A DNA stretch of 58,696 nt, the filler included, from Sandaracinaceae bacterium (lineage in GTDB: Bacteria > Myxococcota_A > Polyangia > Polyangiales > JADJQN01): assembly GCA_947483975.1 (NCBI GenBank). It is 3 parts of 3 records of this genome, joined end to end, with 100 filler letters (N's around TTAATTAATTAA, not from the genome) between each part and the next. Parts side by side here need not be neighbours in the genome. Positions count along the whole stretch, not along the records: positions 20,076 to 39,378 come from CANKOL010000056.1; positions 39,479 to 58,696 come from CANKOL010000057.1; 1 more part is not named here. One strand, given 5' to 3'. Both the position numbers and the translations under genes were made by a program. The notes under the pieces were generated by a model, which saw nothing but the letters and a program-made list of their open reading frames with translations, did not search any database and had not been told where the DNA came from. This document shows positions 32,070-40,910 of the stretch, piece by piece (position 1 is the stretch's first letter; every line of letters begins with the position of its first letter).

Positions 32070-33301
32070 GCTGGATTGATGAGAAGGCGCACCGCGAGCT
32101 CGCCCGTGTCCGCGAGTCCCGCGAGAAGCAGGTCTATCCGTACTTCCGTCCCTTCGAGACGGGCGGGCTGCACACGACGATCGGCGGCAAGCCCGTCCTC
32201 AATTTCAGCTCGAACGACTACCTCGGTCTGACCAATCATCCGAAGGTCAAAGAGGCCGCGAAGGCCGCGATCGACAAGTTCTCGACGGGGCTCTCGTCCT
32301 CGCGCGTGCAGGCGACGACGACGGCGCACGTCGAGCTCGAGGAGCGCCTCGCGCAGTACTTCGGCTTCGAAGAGGCGCTGATCTTCACGACTGGCTATCA
32401 AGCGATGGTCGGCACGATCGTCTCGCTCGCCGACGAGAACACGACGATCGTCCTCGATAACCTCTCTCACGCCTGCATCCTCGACGGCACCTTCATGGCC
32501 GCGGGCACGCCGACGCGTCAGCCCGAGGTGCGCTTCTTCAATCACAACTCCGTCAAGTCGCTCGAGCGAATCCTCAAGACGAAGGAGCGCAAGAACACCC
32601 TCGTCATGATCGAGGGCATCTACTCGCTCGACGGCGACATGGCGAAGCTCAACGAGATCCTCGAGGTCTGTGACCGCTACGACGCCGTCGTCATCTGCGA
32701 CGACGCGCACGGCACGGGCACGCTCGGCACGCACGGGCGCGGGCTCGCGGAGCACCTCGGCGTCGAGGGCAGAGTGCCCGTCGTCGTCACCACGTTCTCG
32801 AAGACCTTCGGCGGGATCGGCGGCGTGCTGCTCGGCTCGAAGGAAGTCGTCGAGCACGTGAAGCACTTCGCGCGCTCGTTCCTCTTCTCGGCGTCCTTGC
32901 CCGTGCCGATCCTCGCGGCGGCCTCGACCATCCTCACGATGCTCGAAGAGGAAGGCCCCGCGCTCGTCGCGGAGCTTCAGGAGAAGGCGACGTACATGCG
33001 CGGTCGCCTGGTGGAGCTCGGCTTTCACCTCGGCATGAGCGACACGCACATCATGCCGGTGATGTGCCGCGATGAGCGCAAGGCGCTCTTCATGCACATC
33101 GCGCTCCTCGAGAGCGGCGTGATGATGGTGCCGATCACGTACCCCGGCGTGAAGAAGGGCGAAGAGCGCCTGCGCGTCAACGTCACTCGCGGGCATACGC
33201 GCGAGGACATGGACATGGCGCTCGACCTGCTCGACGCCTACGGCCAAGCGTTCTTCGTGCAGAGCGGCGAAGAGCTCGGCGAGATGGTCAACGACGGCTG
33301 A
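32066..33301 (+). CDS. PLP-dependent alpha-oxoamine synthase (serine palmitoyltransferase/BioF/Kbl family)
   Basis: YPYFRP, NFSSNDYLGL, HACILDG, DDAHGTG, TFSKTFGGIGG (PLP lysine), RSFLFSASL and RLRVNV. ATGA overlap with the upstream gene. Confidence 0.9.
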   Translation: MSWIDEKAHRELARVRESREKQVYPYFRPFETGGLHTTIGGKPVLNFSSNDYLGLTNHPKVKEAAKAAIDKFSTGLSSSRVQATTTAHVELEERLAQYFGFEEALIFTTGYQAMVGTIVSLADENTTIVLDNLSHACILDGTFMAAGTPTRQPEVRFFNHNSVKSLERILKTKERKNTLVMIEGIYSLDGDMAKLNEILEVCDRYDAVVICDDAHGTGTLGTHGRGLAEHLGVEGRVPVVVTTFSKTFGGIGGVLLGSKEVVEHVKHFARSFLFSASLPVPILAAASTILTMLEEEGPALVAELQEKATYMRGRLVELGFHLGMSDTHIMPVMCRDERKALFMHIALLESGVMMVPITYPGVKKGEERLRVNVTRGHTREDMDMALDLLDAYGQAFFVQSGEELGEMVNDG

Positions 33302-33371
33302 TTCAGCTCCGCGCGGCGACGCCCGTTTGCGTTTCTTTGGTGGCCAAACGCCGCCGTGCGACCATTCCCGA

Positions 33372-33962
33372 ATGGCGAAGATCGATCCGCGGGCCGATCC
33401 CGACTCCGAGCTTTCGACGAAGGAGGGCGACTTCTCCGTCGACCGGGTCGATGTGGGGAACATCGGGCCGGCCTCCCCGTCTTCGGTCGAGCAGGCGGCT
33501 GAAGCGGCGGCTACGGACGAGGGGCCCAAGCCCGTCCGGAAGATCACGAGCCAGGACCCACGCTACGAGCCGCTCGAGAAGCTCCTCGACAAGAACGACT
33601 GGAAGCAGATCTGCGACGACCTCGGGCCGATGGAGAGCGTCGGCACGCTCCCGCCGAACCTCGGCCTCGTCGCGGCGCTCGCGTCCCACGAGATGTCGAA
33701 GGACGGCGACCAGGCGGCCGTCGCCATCGCGATCCGCTGCATGGCCGGCGTGCTCGGCGTCGCTGAAGACAGCCCGATCGCGCGCGTGCTGGCGCGGCGC
33801 CTGCTGCGCAAGAACCCGGTGCGCTTCTCCGAGCGTAAGGCGCCACCGGCGCGCACTTCGTTCCTCATCGTGCTGCTGGCCCTGATCGTCGGCGGCGGCG
33901 TCGGCCTGCTCGCCGCGGGGATCAGCCTGGGCGACCTGCTGCGCTTGCTCCGCCTGCAGTAG
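33372..33962 (+). CDS. Hypothetical protein with a C-terminal TM helix
   Basis: Acidic N-terminus, helical core and hydrophobic FLIVLLALIVGGGVGLLAAGI. Confidence 0.65.
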   Translation: MAKIDPRADPDSELSTKEGDFSVDRVDVGNIGPASPSSVEQAAEAAATDEGPKPVRKITSQDPRYEPLEKLLDKNDWKQICDDLGPMESVGTLPPNLGLVAALASHEMSKDGDQAAVAIAIRCMAGVLGVAEDSPIARVLARRLLRKNPVRFSERKAPPARTSFLIVLLALIVGGGVGLLAAGISLGDLLRLLRLQ

Positions 33963-34030
33963 GGCTTCGCGCCGCGCTGTCGGGGAGGGCTGCGCGGGCC
34001 CGGCCGAGCGCTGACGCGACCGCTTCGTCC

Positions 34031-34414
34031 TCAGCGCACGCAGCGCGCCCGGCTGGCGAAGTTGATGTTGCTGAAGCTGCGGCTGCCGCGCGGGTAATAG
34101 ACACCCCAGCCGAGCGACGGCGAGCCGCTGACGGGCGACGAGGACCAGAACCAGCTCGGGGAGGGCTCCAGGTTGGCGCGGTTGTCGTAGACGAGGATGG
34201 CTTCGTCTTCCGACGGGAGCCGCCAGCCGCCCGGCAAACTCGCGCAGTACGCGATGGACTCCGCCTGGCTCTGCTCGTCGGGCGAGTAGCCGTACTGGAT
34301 GATCAGGCCCGACGCGTCGCGCACGTCTGCTTCAGTACCGACCTCGGGCGCGCACGCCGCGAAGACGGACTGCAGGAGAACGCACGCCAGGCGAGCGACC
34401 TTGCTGTTCATCAA
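34031..34414 (-). CDS. DUF1566 (Lcl C-terminal-like) lipoprotein
   Basis: FAAC lipobox, YCASL..GWRLPS..E, FWSSS, WGVYY and terminal RARCVR. GGAGG RBS. Confidence 0.7.
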   Translation of the reverse strand: MMNSKVARLACVLLQSVFAACAPEVGTEADVRDASGLIIQYGYSPDEQSQAESIAYCASLPGGWRLPSEDEAILVYDNRANLEPSPSWFWSSSPVSGSPSLGWGVYYPRGSRSFSNINFASRARCVR

Positions 34415-34603
34415 GAACCTCCCCGAACAGCGCTCAGTGGACCACCGCGGCGGAGAATATGCAACTAAGCCATCTATTTGCTGCGGAGTCGAAATTTGGG
34501 CGAGGGCGCAGGTGTCCGACGCAGCGCAACGCGCGCGCCGACTCAGGAGGTCGAGAGCGGCGGCGCCGCGCGGGCTACGAGCGTCGGGCGCGCGTCGTGG
34601 AGG

Positions 34604-35092
34604 TCACGGGCAGCCGAGCGCCGCGCGGCAGCGGCCGAGCGGCATGCCTGGGGTCAGCGCCTCGCAGCGCAGCCCCGCGCGGCAGAGCGCGTCCTCGACT
34701 CCGCACGGCTGCCCCTCGTCGCCGAGGCTCGCGCAGGCGCCGCCGACACACGCGCTCTGCTCGCAGACGAACTCGTACCCGGCGTGGCAAGGAGTGCCCG
34801 GCGGGAAGTACGCGCAGACGCCGCTGACACAGCCGCCTTCCGCGCAGGGCAGCGCGCCCGCGCCGGTGCCGCAGGGCTCGGCGAGGTGCGGGCGTGCCGC
34901 GCACTGCCCGCCCTCGCAGCCATAGTCCATGGGGCACTGCTCGAACGTGCGGCAGGCGCAGCCGACCCCGACCCGTCGCTCGCAGGTCGGGCTCGCCGCA
35001 TAGCCACCGTCCGCAGCGCAGACGAGCCCGTAGCCGCAGCCCTCGCGATGACGGCGGGTGCGCGTGCTCCGTGCCTGCGCCTCGATCGGCAC
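34604..35092 (-). CDS. Cys-rich repeat protein, possibly 5'-truncated
   Basis: Dense Cys/Gly repeats (GCAC..QC..GC.GGQC, GQPC..LC.AGLRC) without a signal peptide. Start uncertain. Confidence 0.5.
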   Translation of the reverse strand: MPIEAQARSTRTRRHREGCGYGLVCAADGGYAASPTCERRVGVGCACRTFEQCPMDYGCEGGQCAARPHLAEPCGTGAGALPCAEGGCVSGVCAYFPPGTPCHAGYEFVCEQSACVGGACASLGDEGQPCGVEDALCRAGLRCEALTPGMPLGRCRAALGCP

Positions 35093-35435
35093 CGCCTGAC
35101 AAGCTCGCGCTCTTCGGCGTCATGGGCCTCCTCTCCGTCGCTCGCAGGCTGCGCCGTCGGGCGTCGCGTCACTGAGCGGCCGGCGCTCAACAGTCACTGT
35201 CCGGGGCCGTTGGGCTGACGATTGAGCTGCGCGTGCGAAGTCACGCTCTCCTCCAGGGATTCGAGACCGTCGGAGCGTCTCTTCTCGGGCGTGTGTGCCG
35301 CGGTTCTATGGCAGAGGAACCTTGAAAACACAGCAGCCGAATTCCTCGCGCGCGACCCGCGAACGACACGAGTTCGGCACTGCGGGGCGTAGGTGCGGGC
35401 TTCCCGCCGCGCGCCTCGGCGGGTATCTTCGCGCG

Positions 35436-36851
35436 ATGCCGCGCCGCTCCATTTGTCTCTCCGTGGTGGTCGCCGCGCTCGTCCTCGGGGGTGCCTCGCG
35501 CGCGTCCGCGAACGGCGCGTATTCGCACGTACACATCACGCAGCTCGCGCTCGCGCAGCTCCCCCCCGGGGAGCTCGCGGACCTCTTCGCGGACCCTGAG
35601 ATGGTCGCCGCGGTGGAGGCGGGCTCGATGTTCCCCGACTCGGGCTACGCGGCGAGCGATCCGTACGGCGAGATCGTGCACTGGGAGCCGTTCCTGCACG
35701 CGTACCTCGAGGACCTGCACGCGCGCTTCGCCGGCGACTACTCATCGCGCGAGGCGAAGCTGCGCATCGCCTTCATGCTGGGCTTCGCGGGGCACGCCTT
35801 CGTCGATCAGGTCTACGACACGACGCTCCTCGAGCGCGCCGCGGAGATGGGCGACCGCGAGATCCCGGACCTCTCCTACGATCAGGTCGCCGACTATTTC
35901 CTCACGATCGATCAGGGGATCCGCTTCACGGTGGACGATCCCTACGCGCCCTACGCGGACCTCCCCGCGATCATCGCGAACGGCCCCGACGCGCACGCGG
36001 TCACCGAGGCGGTTATCCGCGACGGCATGAGCCGAATGTCGTCCCTGACGCACGTGCAGAGTAACCCGCGCCTCGTGCAGAGCTGGTACCTCACGGCGTG
36101 GGAATACGGCCCTTTCCTCGGGACCCATTACTACGACGCGCGGGCCGTCGGCTCGGTGCCGTGGATGGGGGGGATGCTCGTGGACTATTGGCGCGTGCTC
36201 GCGGCGCGCGCGCACGAGACGGATGTTCCGAGCCGCGATCTGCTGTATCGCAGCGTGCCCGCGGACGGCGCGACGAACTGGAACGTCGACCTCAGCGACT
36301 CGCACGCCTGGGGGCGAATCTCGCTCTTCTTCGGCTACGCGGTCGATCGCGACGCGCTCGCCTCGGCGATCTCGCTGCGCGGCAGCGACGGAGTCGCGGT
36401 GCCGACGACGCTGGAGTCTGCGTACGGGAGCGTCGACTGCAGCCTGGTTCACGTCGTCCCGTCTGCGACGCTCGCGTACGACACGACGTACACGCTCGAG
36501 CTCGCGGCCGGCGCGACGACGCTCTTCGGCGAGGCGACGGACGCGCCGATCGCCTTCTCGTTCCGCACGCGCTGCGCGGCTGAGCGGCGGAGCGAGTGCC
36601 CCCCGCTGCCGGACCCGCTCGTCGTCGGACCCCGCCCCGAGCACGACGCGGGCGTCCCCAGGCTCGACGCGGGCACGCCGGCGCTCGACGCGGGACCGCA
36701 CGCGGCTACGGGTGGCGGCGGGTGTAGCGTCTCGCACGGGGGCGTCGCGCTCGGAGGCGTCGCACACGGCACGCCTGCGTCGAGCGTGGGCTTCGCGCTC
36801 GGTGCGCTCGTCGCGTTCGGCGGCGTTCGGCGGCGACGCGCTCGGCGCTGA
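35436..36851 (+). CDS. Secreted zinc-dependent phospholipase C / GPI-PLD-like protein with an Ig-like domain and MYXO-CTERM-type anchor
   Basis: Signal peptide ending ASA, then NGAYSH, GSMFPD, HWEPFL and GFAGHAFVD. Ig-like region LAYDTTYTLEL..FSFRT, and a GGGGCSV-TM-RRRR tail. Confidence 0.75.
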   Translation: MPRRSICLSVVVAALVLGGASRASANGAYSHVHITQLALAQLPPGELADLFADPEMVAAVEAGSMFPDSGYAASDPYGEIVHWEPFLHAYLEDLHARFAGDYSSREAKLRIAFMLGFAGHAFVDQVYDTTLLERAAEMGDREIPDLSYDQVADYFLTIDQGIRFTVDDPYAPYADLPAIIANGPDAHAVTEAVIRDGMSRMSSLTHVQSNPRLVQSWYLTAWEYGPFLGTHYYDARAVGSVPWMGGMLVDYWRVLAARAHETDVPSRDLLYRSVPADGATNWNVDLSDSHAWGRISLFFGYAVDRDALASAISLRGSDGVAVPTTLESAYGSVDCSLVHVVPSATLAYDTTYTLELAAGATTLFGEATDAPIAFSFRTRCAAERRSECPPLPDPLVVGPRPEHDAGVPRLDAGTPALDAGPHAATGGGGCSVSHGGVALGGVAHGTPASSVGFALGALVAFGGVRRRRARR

Positions 36852-37187
36852 GCAGGCGAGCCGGGGATGGCGCGCGTCGTGTGCTCGCTGCGGCGGAGAC
36901 GCGCGTCGGGCAAGCACGTGACTCGCACGCTCGCATGGATGGGCATGGAGGAAGTGCTCTACGCCCCACGGTCGCCCTGCATGATGTGCCAGGGTTTTAG
37001 ATTCGCTAGACCCAGTTCACGAGGCGCATGAGCTGCTGCCCCTAGTCCTTCGGTGGCCTGCGCAGCAAGCACGCAGGGGAGCAGCAGCGCGAAGCTCCCC
37101 GCGTTGGTGCCCAGCAGCGGGAGGCAGCCGCGGCGCGCCCGCAGGTGCCCGTCGACGCGCCCGGGGCGACGTCGCAGCGCCCCCGCC

Positions 37188-38645
37188 TCAGAAGCTCGCG
37201 AGCGCGCCTCTCAGATCCTCGAGGAACATCTCCATTCGGTCCGCGTGCGTCCGGAAGGACAGCACGCACACGCGCAGCACGAACATCCCGCGCAGGACGG
37301 TACCGGTGAGGAAGACGCGCTGCCGCCCGTTCACGCGCTTCTGCACGCGGCGGTTGAGCGCGTCGAGCGCCTTGCCCGTCACGCCGCGGGTCGGGCCGAC
37401 GCGAAACGCGAAGAGCGAGAGCTGTGGCTCGGCGACGATCTCGACGTGCGGCATGGCGCGGACGGCCTCGCAGGCGCGCGCCGCGAGGTCGAGCTTCTCG
37501 TCGAGCGCGGCGCGAAACACGCCGGCCCCGTGCATCTTGAGGGGGAGCCAGACGCGCAGCCCACGGAAGTCCCGCGAGAGCTCGGGGCCGAGATCGCAGA
37601 AGTCGATGAAGTCGTCGTCGCGCTGCATCGGCGGCAGATAGCTCGCCTCCATGGCGTGAGCCCTGCGGAGCCTCTCGGCCGAGCGCACGACGAGCGCGCC
37701 GGTCCCGTAGGGGAGAAACAGGCTCTTGTGCGGGTCGAGCGCGATCGAGTCTGCGCGCTCGAGGCCGATCAAGGCGCGCTTGCCGCGCTCGGTGAGCGCG
37801 AAGAATCCGCCGTACGCGGCGTCGACGTGGAGCCAGAGCGCGTGTCGCGCCGCGAGGTCCGCGAGCCGCGGCAGATCGTCGATGGCGCCGGTGTTCGTCG
37901 TGCCGGCGCTCGCGACGATCAGGCAAGGTGCCTTGCCCGCGCGCGCGTCTGCCTCGATGCGCTCCGCGAGCGCGCCCACGTCCAGCCGGAACTCTGCGTC
38001 GGTCGGGAGGATGGCGAGCTGATCGCGGCGAAAGCCCGCGAAGCGCGCGGCCTTCGCGACCGAGTGGTGCGCTTGATCGGAGACGTAGATGACGCCCCTC
38101 GAGAAGTCCTCGCCGAGCAGGTTCTCGCGCGCCGTCACGATGGCGATCAGGTTGGACATCGAGCCGCCGGTGGTGAGCAGCCCTCCGGGCGCGGGGTCCC
38201 CTCCGTAGCCGACGAGCTCGCCGAACCAGCGGACGACGTTGCTCTCGAGCTGCGCGAGCCCCGGCGCCGCGACCCACACGCCGACGTAGCGGTTCACCGC
38301 GTTCGCGATGAGATCGGCGACGGCCGAGTGCAGGAGTCCGCCCCCGGGGATGTAGCCGAGGTAGCCCGGTGACGCGCTGTTGAAGGAGCGCGGCACGACG
38401 CGCCGCACGAGGCGGGTCACGAGCTGCGCGTAGTCCGTGCCAGCCTCCGGGAGCGACTCGCGGAGCGACCGCGCGAGCGCCTTGCCGCCGCCGGTGGCGT
38501 GCAGCGTCTGCGTGGGCAGGGTCGCGACGTGGCGCACGATCTCTTCGGTCGCGTGCGCGACCATCGCGCGGAAGTCGTCTGCGGAGAGCTCGAGCGGCGA
38601 GTCCGGCCGACCACTGCCGCGCGGCGCAGACTTCGGAGTGATCAT
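37188..38645 (-). CDS. Group II PLP-dependent (aromatic) amino-acid decarboxylase
   Basis: TTGGSMSN, AHHSVAKA, AGTTNTGAIDDL, WLHVDAAYGG and DSIALDPHKSLF. Confidence 0.9.
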   Translation of the reverse strand: MITPKSAPRGSGRPDSPLELSADDFRAMVAHATEEIVRHVATLPTQTLHATGGGKALARSLRESLPEAGTDYAQLVTRLVRRVVPRSFNSASPGYLGYIPGGGLLHSAVADLIANAVNRYVGVWVAAPGLAQLESNVVRWFGELVGYGGDPAPGGLLTTGGSMSNLIAIVTARENLLGEDFSRGVIYVSDQAHHSVAKAARFAGFRRDQLAILPTDAEFRLDVGALAERIEADARAGKAPCLIVASAGTTNTGAIDDLPRLADLAARHALWLHVDAAYGGFFALTERGKRALIGLERADSIALDPHKSLFLPYGTGALVVRSAERLRRAHAMEASYLPPMQRDDDFIDFCDLGPELSRDFRGLRVWLPLKMHGAGVFRAALDEKLDLAARACEAVRAMPHVEIVAEPQLSLFAFRVGPTRGVTGKALDALNRRVQKRVNGRQRVFLTGTVLRGMFVLRVCVLSFRTHADRMEMFLEDLRGALASF

Positions 38646-38654
38646 GCGCCCGAG

Positions 38655-38777
38655 CCTATCGCGCTCCGCGAGGGCGACTGCCCGCATTCTCGTCGAGGCG
38701 TGGTCTACTGGAGCGCTGGCGCAGAAAGACGCTGGCTCCTACACGCATTCGAGAAGAAGCCGCAGCAGACGCCACCG
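38655..38777 (+). pseudogene. Remnant of a RelE/ParE-superfamily (Gp49/DUF891-like) toxin
   Basis: RGVVYW....WLLHAFEKKPQQTP matches the typical C-terminal LHAFxKKxQxTP motif. No proper start or N-terminal half. Confidence 0.5.
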
Positions 38778-38814
38778 TCCCCCGCCCTACCGCGCCCTCC
38801 GCGCCGCCACCAGC

Positions 38815-38934
38815 TCACTGCGCGTCATCGGCGGGATTCTGCGTCGCGACGACCACGCCGACGCCGAACGCGCGCGCCTGCTTCATCAGCGCCACGATGG
38901 GCCGCTTGGTCGGCGGGTTCGCGGGGTGCGGCGG
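38815..38934 (-). pseudogene. Internal fragment of a HerA/DUF87/DUF853-like ATPase
   Basis: [34 protein letters not shown] (Arg-finger and ATQ motif) with no Walker A or B motif nearby. Confidence 0.65.
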
Positions 38935-39006
38935 CGAGCACGCTAGGCAGCGGAGCGCGCCTTGGCGAGCGTCGAGCGTCGATTGCGCGGTCCACGTCCT
39001 CCCGGC

Positions 39007-39200
39007 GAACTCGACCCCCTCCAAACCGCCGTCAGCGCCGATCCCTGGAACTCGACCCCCTCCAAACCGCCGCCAGCGGCGATTTCTGGAACTCGATCCC
39101 CTCCGGAGTCGCCGTCAGCGGCGATTTCTGGAACTCGAACCCCTCGAAATCGCCGCCAGCGGCGACTTGGCGAACTCGACCCCCTGCAAATCGGCGTCCG
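39007..39200. repeat. 41-bp tandem repeat array (about 4.6 copies) with an internal hairpin
   Basis: Consensus GAACTCGACCCCCTCCAAA(C/T)CGCCG(T/C)CAGCGGCGATTTCTG. Units start at 39007, 39048, 39089, 39131 and 39172. Confidence 0.9.
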
Positions 39201-39216
39201 CGCCGCCCGGCGGTGC

Positions 39217-39378
39217 TTGCGCTTGCTCGAGGTCTCTGGCTGGGAGGGCGTCGCGGAGGAGAGCCGCGGTGTCCGCCCGAAGCTCTGGCTCGACGACGGC
39301 ACCGGCGCGCTCTGGCTGCGCAAGAGTCCTCGCGAGCGCTCGCCGTTCGAGCCTTCCATCGAGCGCCTCGCGCTCACG
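39217..39378 (+). CDS. N-terminus of a HipA/CtkA-like kinase, truncated by the gap
   Basis: LEVSGW....ESRGVRPKLWL....LWLRK.....EPSIERLA fits the G-x-x-x-K, wLxK and E-x-x-x-E N-lobe pattern. Confidence 0.5.
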
Positions 39379-39478
39379 NNNNNNNNNNNNNNNNNNNNNN
39401 NNNNNNNNNNNNNNNNNNNNNNTTAATTAATTAANNNNNNNNNNNNNNNNNNNNNNNNNNNNNNNNNNNNNNNNNNNN
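39379..39478. other. Assembly gap / contig linker
   Basis: N-runs surrounding TTAATTAATTAA. Confidence 0.98.
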
Positions 39479-40789
39479 CTCGATCTCGATCGCGCCGATG
39501 TGCGACTGCGCGTCAACGTGCCCGCGCATGGGCGGCTGCGACTCGACGTCCCGGAGCATGTGATCGACATCCTCGCGGAGAGCGCTGCGGGGGGCGCGGG
39601 ACTTCGGGTGGAGCTCGCGGACGAGCTTGGGCGAACGCTCGGCACGGGTACGACGGACCCCGAGGGGCGCCTGCGCTTCGTCGTGCGCTCCGACCAGTTG
39701 GGCCCACCTGCGGCAGGGAGGCTCGTGGCCCGCGGGGCCGCCGACGCGCTGCGCGCCGATGCACAGACGGAAGTCCCGGTCGTGAGGGTCTCGCCCACGC
39801 GTCTCATCCTTGCGCTCGCCCACTCGCGCGTTCAGGTCGGAGAGCAGCTGCGCGCGCATGGTCGCCTGACCGACCACGCGGGGAGACCGCTGCCACGCGA
39901 GGCGGTGGGCCTCTTCGATCGGAGCGAACATCTCGCCACGGTGCTGACCGACGAAAGCGGCGCCTTCGACGTCCGCGTGGAGGCCACCCACGAGGGCGTC
40001 CGCGAGCTCGTCGCGCGTTACGACAGCGATGCGCCCTGGCGCGAGTCGAGCGCGTCCGCGGTCGTCCGCGTCGAGGTCGCAAGCACGTCGGGCCGGCCGC
40101 TCGGCTGGTTGTTCGGGACGATGGGACTGACGGCGCTCGCCTTGCTTTGGCTGGGAAGTCGAGGTCGAAAGCGCCCAGCGCTGGCCCCGCCTCAGGGCCC
40201 CACGCCACGCAGCGCCGGCGTCGTAGCGGGGCAGCGGCGTGGGCGAGCCGACCGCGCCGACCTCGGCGGCACCGTGCTCGACGTGCGGGACGACGAACCC
40301 GTGGCGGGCGCGCGTGTCTCGCTTTCCCGAGGCGGGGCAGCAGACTCGTTCCGCGCGACCGAAAGTGCTCAGGCTGGCAGCTTCGCGCTCGAGGACCTTC
40401 CGCCGGGCGCGTACGAGCTGCGGATCGAGGCGGCGGGCTACTCGCACTGTGCGCACTCGCTCGTCATCCCGCACCGAGGCGAGTGGTCTGCGATTCGGGT
40501 CCGCCTCGACAGCCTGCGCGACCGCGCGCTCGACGCGGTCGTGCCCGTGGCAGCCGAATATCTGCCGCAGCGGGCTCTGGAGACGGCGACGCCGAGGGAG
40601 GTCCTCGAGCGGGCGCGCGCGCACGGCGCAGTGCCCATCGGGCTCCCTGACCTCACCGCGCGCGCCGAGCGAGCCGCTTATGCTGCGGCCCCGCCAACCG
40701 CCACGGACGTCGAAGCCACCGAGCGCGCCCGTGACGCCGTGCTGGAGGCTCTCCAGGCCGCCAAGCCGAAGTCTGACGCTCGCCGTTGA
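39479..40789 (+). CDS. Membrane protein with carboxypeptidase-regulatory-like / Ig-like domains (5' partial)
   Basis: Repeated TDxxGxF beta-sandwich motifs, a central TM helix, and EPVAGARVSL..GSFALEDLPPGAYELRIEAAGY. Confidence 0.7.
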   Translation, partial: LDLDRADVRLRVNVPAHGRLRLDVPEHVIDILAESAAGGAGLRVELADELGRTLGTGTTDPEGRLRFVVRSDQLGPPAAGRLVARGAADALRADAQTEVPVVRVSPTRLILALAHSRVQVGEQLRAHGRLTDHAGRPLPREAVGLFDRSEHLATVLTDESGAFDVRVEATHEGVRELVARYDSDAPWRESSASAVVRVEVASTSGRPLGWLFGTMGLTALALLWLGSRGRKRPALAPPQGPTPRSAGVVAGQRRGRADRADLGGTVLDVRDDEPVAGARVSLSRGGAADSFRATESAQAGSFALEDLPPGAYELRIEAAGYSHCAHSLVIPHRGEWSAIRVRLDSLRDRALDAVVPVAAEYLPQRALETATPREVLERARAHGAVPIGLPDLTARAERAAYAAAPPTATDVEATERARDAVLEALQAAKPKSDARR

Positions 40790-40910
40790 CTCGAGCGGGG
40801 CCCGCCTGCTTATAGTGCGGCCTCGGTCGGGCGCGCGACGACGCTGCAGGCCGACCGCCGCGCACGCATTGCGCAGTACGCAGCACGAAGGGACCGGGTC
40901 ACGAGCCGCG

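Noticed and set aside
32066..33301. Assigning the symbol bioF or spt
   Set aside because: The family is clear but substrate specificity cannot be fixed from motifs, and no other biotin genes are adjacent.
39007..39200. CRISPR array
   Set aside because: These are tandem degenerate units without unique spacers.
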